IMG/VR virus record: IMGVR_UViG_3300035490_000323
Coordinates: 13,999 to 77,998 of that record
Source: a virus
DNA length: 64,000 bases
Direction: 5' to 3' (one strand)
Shown here one piece after another: positions 45,002-56,700 of the stretch. How positions within the stretch are numbered: the first letter of the stretch is position 1; every line of letters starts with the position of its first letter. A program made the position numbers and the translations under genes. The notes under the pieces are model-generated. The model worked only from the letters and a program-made list of their open reading frames with translations, searched no databases and had not been told where the DNA came from.

Positions 45002-46573
45002 ATGGGAAGCGGCCTAACCAATGTCGGCAATGCCATCGCAGGGGCGGAGGGGTACGGGGTAAGCCCGAGCAACAACCCCACCCGCAACAACAACCCTGGG
45101 GATATCAGCTCCAATGGAAGCGTAGTCTCCTACCCTACCATCGAGGCGGGCCAGGCTGCCTTGAACAACCAGATAAACCTGATAGCCAGCGGCACCAGCC
45201 CTGTCTACAATGCCTATGCCCAGTCCTTGGGCTTGTCCGACAGCTCGCAGCTCTCCATACAGCAGGTAGGCAGCAAGTGGGCGGAAGACTCCCAGAACTG
45301 GGTCAACAACGTCTCTACCTCCCTCGGCGTGGACCCCTCCACCAAGTTCTCGGACGTAGTCAACGGGACAACGCCCACCTCTGCCCCCGGCTCCCCCAAC
45401 TACCAGACGGTCAACCCCCCCGGCTCGGTGGTGAACATAGGCAGCGGGGACAGCGGCCTTGCCCCCCCTACAAGCTCCCTCTATAACAGGCAGGCCTCGC
45501 AGGCGAACTCGGTCACCTCCGACAACCCTACGGTAGGCTATGGCTCCCTGTTCCCTGACGTCGTAATCCAGACCGGCCTAGACGAGACCCCCTGGTACGC
45601 GGACAAGGACCTGGTGACCGGCAACCCCAAGGTACGGGGGTCCGTGGACCCGGTAGTGTTCGAGCTTGTGCTCAGGGGCAGGGAGGACTACACCCTTTCC
45701 AACAGCCAGCAGGTGCCCATCCAGATACAGCTCAACGCCTCGCTCAAGAGCATGACCACTACCATGAAGCACGTCTTCACCCCCAAGCGCACCAGGACGG
45801 GGTGGCATGTCACCATGTGGGGGATGCAGGCGGACACCATAGAGGGGACATGCACGACCGGCGTGTTCATGAACCAGCTCGGGCTGACGGACTTCTTCAG
45901 CACCTCCACCCTGAGCAATGACCTCATACAGGCGATGACCAGCGGGTTCAAGTCCGTCTCCCAGGGGGCCGGCAACTTCCCCCTCGTGGGCATCCCCATC
46001 CCCCAGACCTTCACGGACGTGTACACCGACCCGGCCACCGGCCGGACCTATACCGGCTCTACCCAGCTCTACACCAACTACCGCCTCGGCAACCAGCAGT
46101 CGCCGTCCGTGCAGAGTTCCATCGTCACCCAGCAGAACGCCGACGAGGTCAACAAGTACCTGTCCTCGGGGGGGCACGACCCCGCCAAGGCATTCAGGGT
46201 AGCGGCCCAGGACGCCTTCCAGGAGTTCCTGTCCCTGTTCAAGAACAACGGCATGGTCTGGTTCAACACCCAGCAGGCGCTAGGGCCCAACCCCTCCGGC
46301 AACAACGAAGTACAGGTTGACGTGGACCAGTGGTCCCCCCAGACGGCCCTGTCTGCCACCAGCATGAACGCCCGCAACAACGATGTCATGACGAGGGGCT
46401 CCGTGGTGATGAGGGTCAAGGGCACCACCTACCTCGGGTACTTCAAGAGCCTCAACTGGCAGATGTCGGCTATGAAACCCTTTAGCTGGGACTTCAGTTT
46501 TGTTTTCCAAGTGGAAAAGACGCTAGGGTATATATTTACCCCAGCCTTTGCCAGCGTATCATCGAATATATGA
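45002..46573 (+). CDS. Virion protein: N-terminal lysozyme-like domain plus baseplate/tube-initiator-like domain
   Basis: AIAGAEG...RNNNPGDI...YPTIEAG; C-terminal YLGYFKSL...PFSWDFSFVF. Confidence 0.6.
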   Translation: MGSGLTNVGNAIAGAEGYGVSPSNNPTRNNNPGDISSNGSVVSYPTIEAGQAALNNQINLIASGTSPVYNAYAQSLGLSDSSQLSIQQVGSKWAEDSQNWVNNVSTSLGVDPSTKFSDVVNGTTPTSAPGSPNYQTVNPPGSVVNIGSGDSGLAPPTSSLYNRQASQANSVTSDNPTVGYGSLFPDVVIQTGLDETPWYADKDLVTGNPKVRGSVDPVVFELVLRGREDYTLSNSQQVPIQIQLNASLKSMTTTMKHVFTPKRTRTGWHVTMWGMQADTIEGTCTTGVFMNQLGLTDFFSTSTLSNDLIQAMTSGFKSVSQGAGNFPLVGIPIPQTFTDVYTDPATGRTYTGSTQLYTNYRLGNQQSPSVQSSIVTQQNADEVNKYLSSGGHDPAKAFRVAAQDAFQEFLSLFKNNGMVWFNTQQALGPNPSGNNEVQVDVDQWSPQTALSATSMNARNNDVMTRGSVVMRVKGTTYLGYFKSLNWQMSAMKPFSWDFSFVFQVEKTLGYIFTPAFASVSSNI

Positions 46574-47223
46574 GATATCCAAGAAAAAGCGAGGCCCTGA
46601 GGAACTGCTGGAAGGCCATGAGCCAGGAAGACCGTGACAAGAGGGCCGCTGGCCTTAGAAAGCTGGGGATAAAGCGTGCTATCAACCGGGTTGGGATGCC
46701 GTACGGGGACCTTACGGTCGTATCCTCGGCGGGAAAGAACAAGCATGGCCACTATATGTGGAACTGCTCCTGTGCCTGTGGGGGCGTCCGAGTAGTTTCT
46801 GGCCATCAGCTTAGGGACAAGAGGGTTACAAGCTGTAGGGCCTGTGCCTTGAGGAGAATATCCGAATTCCATAAGACGCACGGTAAAACCTGTAGCCCAG
46901 AATATGCAATGCTTATGAGAGCGAAGTCCCGTGCAGCCCGCAGTGGCGCTAAGTTTGACCTGACTTTGGACGATGTGGTCATCCCTGCATTATGCCCCGT
47001 GTTTGGGACTCCATTAGCTCTCGGGACGGTTAAGGATAACGATAATAGCCCGTCTTTGGATAGAGTTAACAATGAAGGGGGATATGTGCGGGGGAATGTC
47101 TGGGTCATAAGCAAGAAAGCGAACCTGATAAAGAACAGCAGCACCCTTCCCGAGCTTAAGATGCTGGTCTCAGCCCTTGAGCACAGGCGGCAGCCAGTAA
47201 CGAGTGTGTCGTCAAATGTCTAG
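46570..47223 (+). CDS. HNH-like homing endonuclease
   Basis: YGDLTV...WNCSCACG...SC; CPVFG...SPSLDRV...GYVRGNVWVIS..AN..K; AT-richer. Confidence 0.8.
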   Translation: MRYPRKSEALRNCWKAMSQEDRDKRAAGLRKLGIKRAINRVGMPYGDLTVVSSAGKNKHGHYMWNCSCACGGVRVVSGHQLRDKRVTSCRACALRRISEFHKTHGKTCSPEYAMLMRAKSRAARSGAKFDLTLDDVVIPALCPVFGTPLALGTVKDNDNSPSLDRVNNEGGYVRGNVWVISKKANLIKNSSTLPELKMLVSALEHRRQPVTSVSSNV

Positions 47224-48505
47224 CAGCCCTGTCCAGGCCATCAACCCCTCTACGGTGACGGTCACCGCCACGCCGGAGCCCGTGTCTTATGTTGTAGACA
47301 ACTCCAACACCAAGGATGTCAATGACCTAAGCGACATCCAGGTATCCAGGCCCTCGAACTCCCCCGTGCAGCCCATCCTCCTTCCTATCCGGGGAGAGAA
47401 GCGCTTCATCCCCGAGGACCCCCTGGCCCTGCTGGGGCAGTCGGCCCAGACATCGAGCGCCTTCGGCCCCTACGCCCAGAACGGGGCGGCGAACGCCTCC
47501 TTCTTCACCACGGCGGCCACGGAGCCGTTCACGGACTGGGTCACGGTACGGGTCCCCCACCGTGGGGTATCCTCCAGCTACAGCACCTCCTCCCCGGCAT
47601 ACGACCCGCACCTGACGGCCACCTACAGGTTCCTCATCAACCCGAACACCGCCCAGATATCCAGGAACACCGAGGACTCCCAGGCATTCGCCCGTGGGGG
47701 ATGGCAGTTCGGGGTATGGGGGGAGGGGCTTATCCATGTCGCTATGGCAGGCCACACCCCCGGCTACTACTGGGCGAAGGGGCTGACGGACGAGTATGCC
47801 TACTTCACCGAGTCATGGAGGAACCTCCAGCAGCTAGTCATCGTCTTCGAGAACAACGGCTACTGGTTCGAGGGCGAGGAGGCCAACGAGGGGCCGCTTG
47901 CCCCAGGGTTCACCCGCAGGCGCATAAAGAAGCACCAGGATATCCAGCTCGTGGCCGCCAACTACATCTGGTACGGGATGTTCGACAACCTTACCGTCAC
48001 CCTGGACGCCGAGCACCCCTACCGGGCGGAGTTCAGCCTCTCCTTCCTGGCATGGAAGGAGCGCACCAGGCAGGGCTCCCCCTATAGCCAGTGGGGGATA
48101 CAGAACAGCACGGAGAGGGGGCACTCCTACAGTGCGGTCTCCTCCCCCGGCGCAGTCCTGGTACCGCCGAGCAATGCAGGGCAGCTAACGGCGCTGCCTC
48201 TCTCCCTGTCCCCCAGCGGCCTGTCCTCCCTCTCCTCCACCACGCCCTCGGTCATCATGGACTCGGGCCCCCAGATTCCTCCGGCCAGCGGCAGGCCAGC
48301 ATCCTCTCCCCTTAGCGGCCTGTCTTCCCTTCTCTCTACCGTATCCTCGGTCGTCAAGGGCTCGCGCTCCCTGGCGCTCCCGTCCGCCCTCTCGCTATCC
48401 CCTGCCGTGGCATCCGAGGGGGCATCCCAGTACCTTGTCTCCGGGGGCAGCGGCAGTGCTACCCCCAACCTGGGCCTGTTCTCCCCTAGCGAGGTGTTTG
48501 CATAA
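47216..48505 (+). CDS. Putative baseplate/tail tube initiator-like protein
   Basis: FLINP...WGE....I..AG.T...YGMFD.L....DAEHPY...FS.F. Confidence 0.55.
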   Translation: MSSSPVQAINPSTVTVTATPEPVSYVVDNSNTKDVNDLSDIQVSRPSNSPVQPILLPIRGEKRFIPEDPLALLGQSAQTSSAFGPYAQNGAANASFFTTAATEPFTDWVTVRVPHRGVSSSYSTSSPAYDPHLTATYRFLINPNTAQISRNTEDSQAFARGGWQFGVWGEGLIHVAMAGHTPGYYWAKGLTDEYAYFTESWRNLQQLVIVFENNGYWFEGEEANEGPLAPGFTRRRIKKHQDIQLVAANYIWYGMFDNLTVTLDAEHPYRAEFSLSFLAWKERTRQGSPYSQWGIQNSTERGHSYSAVSSPGAVLVPPSNAGQLTALPLSLSPSGLSSLSSTTPSVIMDSGPQIPPASGRPASSPLSGLSSLLSTVSSVVKGSRSLALPSALSLSPAVASEGASQYLVSGGSGSATPNLGLFSPSEVFA

Positions 48506-51375
48506 TGGGAGACTTCCTCGGCATCGAGACCCCGAGCACCGTCCGGCAGCCCGAGCAGGTGGAGCCCCCCATGGCTTCTTCCCCTGCCTCTTCCAACAGC
48601 ATCAGGAACATAGCCCAGACGGTGCAGGAGAGGGAGATAGTCAAGACCTGCCCGGACGTGGTGGTGTACATCGAGGGCAAGCCCTATATCACCAACCCCT
48701 TCATAAACCTCAACGACTCCAGGAACCAGTCCAACTCCCAGTCCACGTCCGTGCCGTTCAACGACTACATAGACTCGTTCTCGGTGTCCTACCAGGTTGA
48801 CAACCTTGTCCCGACCGCCAGCTTCAGCCTCAACATCCCGGCCAGCCGCAAGTACCTGTTCCAGGCACCGGGGGGCAACAATATCCTGGAGCCTATGATG
48901 CAGGTCCAGGTGTTCGCCAAGGGGTACTTCTTTGCCCAGAACGGCAATACCCTCTACTACCGTGTGTTCAAGGGCCTTATAACCAGCGTCTCCTATACGG
49001 ACACGGGCACCGCCCTCCAGGTAGCGGTCAGTTGCAAGGGGACCATGCACTTCCTCGACCTGATGTACGTGGACCTCCAGACCTCGCAGATTACCAACTC
49101 CCCCACGCCCGTCACGCCCTTCAACAGCAACCAGTACTTGATGAGCCCCTACCAGATGCTCGCCGACATATTCACAAGGTCCGTCACCTTCGAGGGCTTC
49201 CAGCTAACCTCCATACAGCAGGACAGCCTGAAGGCCGGCACCTCCGACTGGAAGGACTCTGTCAAGGCCCAGTTCATCAGCAGGTGGCAGACAATCCTCA
49301 CCAACGTGACAAGGGACGTCCGCATCCTGGGCTACGGCTACCAGGACATCACCGGCCTCCAGGACAGCCAGGCCCAGGTGGGGGTACTCTATGATACGTT
49401 CACCGCCGAGCCTAAGGACGCCGTGGGGCAGATGGCGTATAACATGCGTGCGAGCACCAACAGCCGTGTCCCCCAGAAGTCCATCATAGCCCAGGCCAGC
49501 GACAAGGACCTGTATATCAACATCATGCGCACCTACCTCCCCGACTTCCAGGTGGCCGCCGTCCAGCAGCTTGGGGGCAAGACAGTGCCCCGCTCGGAGA
49601 GGATAAGGTTCATAGCCAACCTCATAGGCTACGAGGGGTACCAGGACCTTGACGGGGCCATCGTCTTTAAGCCCCCCTACTACAACCTGGACGTCACCAA
49701 CCTGGGGACGGACCCCGCTGCGCAGGGGCAGGGCGGCAGCTTTACCAGCAGTGCGACGAGCGCTGCCAGCTACATAAGGGCCAATGCCAACCCCTTCGTG
49801 GTGTACCTGAGCGAGATAGAGACGGAGACGGAGGTGGAGGACGAGGCCAATGTCAGGGCCACCCGCATGTGCGTCCAGCCAGACTTCATGAGCAACCTCC
49901 ACTTTCCCTCGGCCGAGGGCCCCCAGGTGCTCCCTGTCGCCGACCATATCGACATCGCCAAGCTGGCCAAGTTCGGCCTGCGCGAGCAGCCCCTCCGCAA
50001 CCTCAACTACCTCGGCCAGAACGACCTCATAGCCCTGTATACCTATGCGGTCAGCGAGCTTAACCGGGCCAACAGGGGGTACCGCACCTATACCTTCTCC
50101 ATCCCCCTGCGCCCCGAGATACGGCTGGGGTTCCCCATGTACATCCCCCATAGGGACATGTACGGGTACATCAACAGCGTCAGCATATCCTACCAGCAGG
50201 GGCAGTCGGCCACCATGCAGGTAACCCTGGACACTATCCGCAGGCGTCCTCTCCTGCCTACCTACACCACTGTCACGGACGCAGGCGGCAACCAGAGGCA
50301 GGTGACCACCTATGTAAGCCAGAAGGACCTGGTGCTCGAATGGACGGTCCCCCCATCCCCCTCCGATGCCTCCTCCTCCCCTGCCCAGACTGCGCCGTCC
50401 TCGTCCGGCAGCGGCGGGAGCGCCCCCGCAGGCTCCGGGAGCACCGGGGGAGGGAGCCCTTCCACCAGCCCCCTGGTCAACCTGCCGGGCACCCCTGCCA
50501 CCCTCACGCAGCCCCCCGATGCCCCGTTCCACCCGCAGGAGTGGGAGTACCTCATGTACAAGAAGGAAAAGATTGGCAACCTGTATGCCACGAGGTTCGA
50601 CACCAAGGGCAAGAGCTTCCGCTTCCAGAATGATGTCGTGACCGCCGCTGACCTCAACATGGCCGCCGATGACGGCTCAACGTTCCCCAACTCCCCACCG
50701 CTTTCCCTTGGCAAGCCTTTCTTCAGCGGGGATACCTGGGGGACAGGCAGCGGCATAGACATGCGCTACTACAAGAAAATCCAGACGTGCCAGCCCTATA
50801 CGGACGACAAGGGGTACGAGGTGGTAAGCCCCTTCCCGTGGGGGAGATGGATAGACGTCAACACCGCCATCCGCCACTCCAGGCAGGGCATCCTCTCGCA
50901 GAGCGCCAACCTCCAGGGGGCAGGGCAGGTGCAAAACCTGAACGTGTTCCTGTTCGCTGGCATAGCCTCCCCCGGCCAGGGCGACATCAGCTCTACCCTG
51001 AGCAAGTCGCTCAGCTCCGACCTCAGCCTCAGCTCGAACGGGCAGGCGTCCGCCTCCGGGAGCGGCTATGACTCGGTGGAGCTGGACTCGGTCATAGAGC
51101 TTGAGACGCCGCAGGCTAACTCAGTAGGCAATGATGACCTCCTGACCCAGCTTGCCCAGCCGGACATGCAGAGCAAGAGCCCCCAGTCCGGCATCAACGA
51201 CATAGCGAACCGCCTCGGCGTGTTCGTCACCGGCGGGGTGTCCCTGCCAAACGTGCAGACGGTACAGGGGACGGCAAGCAAGGTGACCCCTAACCCGGCC
51301 CCGCAGTCCCCCCAGGGGACGGGGGCCCCGTTCAGCATCCCGCTCCTTACCGAGGGTACCCCCCTGGCAGGGTAA
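48505..51375 (+). CDS. Putative baseplate hub protein
   Basis: VFKGLIT.VS; E.YQD.DG.IVFKPP.YN; IPLRPEIRLGFP.Y...YI.SVS. Confidence 0.6.
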   Translation: MGDFLGIETPSTVRQPEQVEPPMASSPASSNSIRNIAQTVQEREIVKTCPDVVVYIEGKPYITNPFINLNDSRNQSNSQSTSVPFNDYIDSFSVSYQVDNLVPTASFSLNIPASRKYLFQAPGGNNILEPMMQVQVFAKGYFFAQNGNTLYYRVFKGLITSVSYTDTGTALQVAVSCKGTMHFLDLMYVDLQTSQITNSPTPVTPFNSNQYLMSPYQMLADIFTRSVTFEGFQLTSIQQDSLKAGTSDWKDSVKAQFISRWQTILTNVTRDVRILGYGYQDITGLQDSQAQVGVLYDTFTAEPKDAVGQMAYNMRASTNSRVPQKSIIAQASDKDLYINIMRTYLPDFQVAAVQQLGGKTVPRSERIRFIANLIGYEGYQDLDGAIVFKPPYYNLDVTNLGTDPAAQGQGGSFTSSATSAASYIRANANPFVVYLSEIETETEVEDEANVRATRMCVQPDFMSNLHFPSAEGPQVLPVADHIDIAKLAKFGLREQPLRNLNYLGQNDLIALYTYAVSELNRANRGYRTYTFSIPLRPEIRLGFPMYIPHRDMYGYINSVSISYQQGQSATMQVTLDTIRRRPLLPTYTTVTDAGGNQRQVTTYVSQKDLVLEWTVPPSPSDASSSPAQTAPSSSGSGGSAPAGSGSTGGGSPSTSPLVNLPGTPATLTQPPDAPFHPQEWEYLMYKKEKIGNLYATRFDTKGKSFRFQNDVVTAADLNMAADDGSTFPNSPPLSLGKPFFSGDTWGTGSGIDMRYYKKIQTCQPYTDDKGYEVVSPFPWGRWIDVNTAIRHSRQGILSQSANLQGAGQVQNLNVFLFAGIASPGQGDISSTLSKSLSSDLSLSSNGQASASGSGYDSVELDSVIELETPQANSVGNDDLLTQLAQPDMQSKSPQSGINDIANRLGVFVTGGVSLPNVQTVQGTASKVTPNPAPQSPQGTGAPFSIPLLTEGTPLAG

Positions 51376-51384
51376 TAGGTAACC

Positions 51385-53760
51385 ATGGGCGACTACAGGC
51401 TGCCGATGTCCGAGTACACGAGGGAGATGGAGCAGTTCTCCGTCTTCGTGGGCACGGTAGCGTCCGTGGACTGGGAGCGCCATGTCTGCTCCGTGGAGGA
51501 CCTCCGCTCCAAGTACGTCTACCGCGAGGTCGGGCTCATCCCCTGCTCGCACAGCTCCTACGAGTCTACCGACATACGGATGCCCGAGGAGGGGGCCCTG
51601 TGCCTGTGCGCCCCCGTGGCGCACTTCGGGGGGCACTCGCAGGTGGCCATCCTGACCTGGGTAGTGTCCCAGACCAAGCAGGCGGTGGACTCCATAGCCC
51701 GCAAGGACTTCGACACCATCCCCGGCCTCAACGAGCGCAAGCGGGGCAACTACCGCAAGGCCTGGGCAGGGGACCAGGCATCCTCGTTCGTGGGCGGGTA
51801 CTCCGAGAGGACAGGCTCCGGCTGGGACAGGTCGTCGGGGGGCTTCGACAGAGAGGACGTGGACGCCGACAGGCGCACCTGGACTACCCTCACCTCCCGC
51901 CACGTGGACTACTCGGACGCCGGGCTGGGGTTCGAGGGCCCCGCAGTCCGCCTGGACGCCACGACCGTCAACCCAGCGTCCGGTGTCATCCCCACCACCA
52001 TGCCTGACGGCTCCAGGGAGTATACCGTCTTCCTCCAGCCTGGGGCCAGGCTGTCCGACAGGTACCTGAAGGGCAAGCAGGACATCCTCCCGTTCACGGA
52101 GCGCGTGTCCCGCGTGCAGGAGTTCGCCCTCGACTACCCCCTGCCTCCCGAGGTCATGCAGACCGACCTCCTGGACTATGTCCTCGGCACTACCCAGGAC
52201 CCGTGGAAGAGGACTACCCTCTCCTCCCAGGGCCCGTTCCAGGTGGACAGCGCGACCTACTTCGCCAGCCAGGCCTTCGACCACCCGACCGACACCTCCA
52301 AGCAGCCTGTCGGCCCGACCCTTGGCGAGGGGGCGACCCCGGCCCGCAAGGGCTTCATCCTGGAGCGGGCCGAGGGCACCCTTATAGGCTGGAACAGGTT
52401 CGACCAGGGCACCTATGGCCTGGCGCTCAAGCCTGTCCTCTCCGCCCTTACCACCAACCAGGACACCAACGGCGGCGGCCGCTTCGGGGCGGACTTCCAG
52501 AGCGGGTACAACCCCGTGAAGGACTCTACCGACCATGACGAGGCCCGCCTGGCCGCGTCATGCTACTCCGTGCGCTTCCCCAGCGAGTACAACACCACCC
52601 GCTGGGACGTGACCAAGGAGGGCATGCTGACCTTCGAGGTCGGCAGCACCATCCCCAGGGAGAATACCAACTTCCCTGCCAACCCTGCCCCCAACGGCAT
52701 CTACGAGCACCCGCATGGGGCCGGGAGGAGCGTGGAGGGGCACATGGTCGGCTCCCTCAAGCTGGTCGTGGGCAAGAACAGGGACGAGGAGGACTCGATA
52801 GACCTCCAGGCGCTCGGGCAGAGCGTGCTGCGCCTCGGCTGCGACGATGCTACCCTGCCGGACTCCGGGCGCAAGGTCCTGACCCAGAACAGGCAGAACA
52901 GCGATGCCGTCCAGAGGAGGGCCCTCCAGTACTGGGATGCCAGCCACCGCAAGCTGAAGGGCATCGGGGACGCAGGGACGCTTGAGAACAAGCTCATGGC
53001 GGAGGCCATCAGCCTGAGGATGGCGACGGACGGCGGCGTGGTGGCGAGGCTCGGCGCACGGCGGGACAGCGAGAGCCCCGTGGTGATGCGCAAGCACCTT
53101 ATGAACGGCTACTCGGACGGGCCGGGGAAGAACTTCAGCCCCACGGAGAAGAACTCCCATAGCCCCGGCCGCCCGGTCTACCCCTCGCCTGGCGACAAGA
53201 CCTACCGGTTCCACGACCTGACCGTGGCGGGGCAGCCTACGGGCAGGGGGTTCTCGCCCTACAACTCCTGGCTGGGTAACCCCGTGTCGCCGGGCATGGA
53301 CCTGCACGGCAAGTCGCTCGACCTGCACGCCGTGCGGGACGTGCTCCTCCGCATCGGCAAGAACCCGGCCTCCTGGCAGTCGCTCATGCTGGACCTGGAC
53401 GGCGGCGTCGTGCTGGCGGCGGGGAAGGACCAGCAGGGCAGGTCGCTCACCGGGGCGCTGGACGGCGGCGTGGAGATGACCATCGGGCAGTCGAGCGCCA
53501 AGAAGGGGCTGCGCCTGGAGATTACCGGCGACGTGGACATGATGGTCTACGGGAACTATCACCTGAACGTCACCGGGGACATCATCATGGAGGCCACCAA
53601 CTTCCGTAAGATTACCAAGATAGCCGACATCAAGACAGCGCAGACTATCCATGAGGTGGCGCTGAGCCTGCACACGACGGAGGCCCCGGACATCCAGAAC
53701 AACGGGATAAGCTACCCGTACCAGGTGTCGCCTGACCCTGGAATCGACCCGGCGATATAG
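51385..53760 (+). CDS. Putative baseplate spike (gp5/gpV-like)
   Basis: N-terminal OB-like GTV.SVD...MPEEG; C-terminal beta repeats ITGDVDMMVYGNYHLNVTGD. Confidence 0.6.
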   Translation: MGDYRLPMSEYTREMEQFSVFVGTVASVDWERHVCSVEDLRSKYVYREVGLIPCSHSSYESTDIRMPEEGALCLCAPVAHFGGHSQVAILTWVVSQTKQAVDSIARKDFDTIPGLNERKRGNYRKAWAGDQASSFVGGYSERTGSGWDRSSGGFDREDVDADRRTWTTLTSRHVDYSDAGLGFEGPAVRLDATTVNPASGVIPTTMPDGSREYTVFLQPGARLSDRYLKGKQDILPFTERVSRVQEFALDYPLPPEVMQTDLLDYVLGTTQDPWKRTTLSSQGPFQVDSATYFASQAFDHPTDTSKQPVGPTLGEGATPARKGFILERAEGTLIGWNRFDQGTYGLALKPVLSALTTNQDTNGGGRFGADFQSGYNPVKDSTDHDEARLAASCYSVRFPSEYNTTRWDVTKEGMLTFEVGSTIPRENTNFPANPAPNGIYEHPHGAGRSVEGHMVGSLKLVVGKNRDEEDSIDLQALGQSVLRLGCDDATLPDSGRKVLTQNRQNSDAVQRRALQYWDASHRKLKGIGDAGTLENKLMAEAISLRMATDGGVVARLGARRDSESPVVMRKHLMNGYSDGPGKNFSPTEKNSHSPGRPVYPSPGDKTYRFHDLTVAGQPTGRGFSPYNSWLGNPVSPGMDLHGKSLDLHAVRDVLLRIGKNPASWQSLMLDLDGGVVLAAGKDQQGRSLTGALDGGVEMTIGQSSAKKGLRLEITGDVDMMVYGNYHLNVTGDIIMEATNFRKITKIADIKTAQTIHEVALSLHTTEAPDIQNNGISYPYQVSPDPGIDPAI

Positions 53761-53766
53761 GAGAGT

Positions 53767-56700
53767 ATGGGAGGCGGATTCAACCAAGCACTGGCGAGCG
53801 CCGAGCTTTGGCCCATCAAGGCCAAGAAGAAGGTCGTCAACTGGAACCCCCTGGGCGACCCGACCGTGGAGAAGTTCTACCACAAGGCCATGGAGGACGG
53901 CCGTGCCCTGGAGACCAGCATCACGGACGCCAACCACTGGCTCATCCAGCGCCGTAACCAGCTCATCAACAAGGATATCCCCCACGCCATCAACTATATC
54001 GCCTCGGCCACCCATGCCGAGCCCGACAACCCGATAAAGGCCATCCTGCTCGCCAAGGACGTTATCACCTTCATGAAGTTCCTGGTGAAGATGCAGCAGG
54101 AGGTCGTGCAGCTCATCCAGGCGATGGTGCAGAACATCGGCATTATCGAGTCCATGCTCCAGAACATCGTGCAGAACATCCAGGCGAACCTGAACGCCAT
54201 CGCCAGCCTGCTGCACGACATCTGCAATTGGGCGCTCCCGGACCTGCCCAGCATCCCGAACCTGTTCGCGGACACCATCTGGCACTGGAACGGGTTCAAC
54301 TTCTTCCCGCTCTCCTCCTTCGTGCCGCACATCAAGTTCGATGCGAACTTCGCCTTCGGGCAGTGCCAGCTCCACGTGCCTAACGTCAACATCCTCAGGA
54401 ACTTCCCCAGTAACCTGTCCAACTACAACGGGCTGACGTTCGGCACGCCTGTCTTTGTCCCCCCTCTGGGCGGGATTATCCCCAACACGGGCACCAACCT
54501 GAGCGACCCGGCGTTCATCCAGAAGATGCAGTCCACCCCGACCCCCCCTTACCTGACCGGCGACCATACGTACAGCCTGCCCTTCAACCCCCTGAACACC
54601 TCTGCCAACACAGGGGGCACGACGGGCCCCGGGCCCGGGGGCCTGAGCAACGTGGACGGCTCCGCAGCCGCCAACCCTAACGGGACGGTCCCCTCCATGC
54701 TCGGGAGCCTCCCCAACCCGAACATGGTCATCTCGGCATACCAGATGCCCCCGTCCGAGTACCAGGGCAATATCGTCAGCATCGTGCCGTCCGTGCAGAC
54801 GCCTGCCGTGCCCGCCACGCCTGCCACACCCACCACCCCCGCTGCCCCCGCTGTCCCCCCGTCCCTCCAGTCAGGGGCGCTCGGCAGGGACGTGGTCGAG
54901 CCTACCGACCCAGACTACTCCAGCCCCGACCTCGTCACCCGCCAGGCGAACCTGCGGGCGGACCTCGTGCGCTACGTGACCCTGGGCAACGTGGTGGACA
55001 GCGGCTACGACCCCATCCTGACCTCCGCCTGGCTGTTCTATGTCGGCGGGGCAAGGGCAGGGAGGATGGGGCAGTGGATTGCCAGCTTCCAGGCGGCCTA
55101 CCAGCAGTACGTGCAGCCCTCCCTGGACTACCTGGCCAGCGGCCCCGTGCCCTGGAACAGGGTGCTCTCCGGCACCGGCCTCAGTGCTGGCCCGCAGGCA
55201 ATCCCCCTCATAGCGGCCATTGCTGCCATGGGCCCCATCGCCCAGGGCAACGCCCTGTGGAGGCTGTCCTATATCGAGGCTGCCATACTAGGCTACCCGC
55301 GCAACACCCGCTGGGATGCCTATGCCGACCTCAACTATACCGGCAGCTTCACGGGCACGGACCTCGACTACTCCTCCGTGGCCATCGACTACACCTCCAC
55401 CACTACCGTCACGCTGGGGGAGGGGGAGGCGGCCTACCCCGTGCAGTGTACCTTCCCCTCGGCGATAGGGAAGGTCCTCCAGCAGGTTATCGCCATAGCC
55501 GACAGCAGGATACGGCTGGACGCCTCCTACCAGAGCGTCTACCCCCAGTGGCGCTATACCTACAACCAGTTCGCCATCGCCGCCCCCGTGGACAGGTTCA
55601 CCCAGTTCTGGAGGACGTTCAACGGCAGCCTCCAGAGCCTCCTCCTGACGGACCCCTATGTCGTCCAGTTCGTGTGCGCCTACGAGGCGTCCCTGGACTC
55701 CGCCATAGACCCGCTCGGGGACCTTGCTATCTACAGCACCGTCAGGACGGACGCCAACAGCAGGAGCCGCTCGTGGGTGCCGGGCTCCCCCCTGCTCGCC
55801 GTCCCGGTCGCCCCGGTAGTGGTGTACTCCAGCGATGCCACGGAGGCAGACCCGGACAACAACGGGTGGCCGGGGGGGGTGCTCAACCCTGTCGCCTACC
55901 TTGCCCGCCCGGACATCCAGGGGCAGCCTATCCCCGTGCAGGCGGCCATGCTAGGGTGCAACGAGGCGGCAAGTAACCTGATGGCGCTCAAGGGCAGCAT
56001 GATGTCGCTGGCCGCCACGGCCATCGACAGCGTCCAGCAGCAGATTCAAGGCCTGTCCAACTTCGGCTTCCAGGTGGAGAGCGCCAGCGCGGTGACCGAG
56101 GTGCCCCCCGGCACGGGCGGGGCGCTTGTCCAGTTCGACTCCATAGACTTCGACCTGACCGGCTATGTGACCAGCGAGACGAGCTTTACCATCACGTCGG
56201 CAGGGGCGTACGTCATTACCGGGCAGCTCATGTGGGGCAGCGGGGGCGTAGGGGTAAGGACAGTCAATGTCTATGATACCTCGGGCTCCCCCCCGGCCAC
56301 CACGGTCGTGGCCACTGCCTCCACCCAGCCCAGCCAGGCAGGGCCGGTCACCCTGCCCTTCAGCGCCCAGCTAAACCTCGGCCTGGGGGACGTCCTCACG
56401 GTGGTCGCCACCCATAGCCTGCCGGTGGCCCAGGACATAGAGGCGGGCAGCATCCTGAGCTGTGTCCTGTACTCCTCCTCCGAGCCTGTCCCCACGCCCC
56501 CCTCTCCCTCCACGGCCGGCACGCAGGTCTTTACCGCCGATGCCGACCTGGGGGCGCTCACGGCGGTATACGTGGCCCCTGACGGGGGGGTAATGCCCGT
56601 GGACCCGACCTCCGTGTCCCAGGGTAGCCCTCCCTTCTCCTCCGATGCCTACCCCTTCGTGGACGGCATCACCCTCAACTCCGCCACGGCAGGGAGCCCC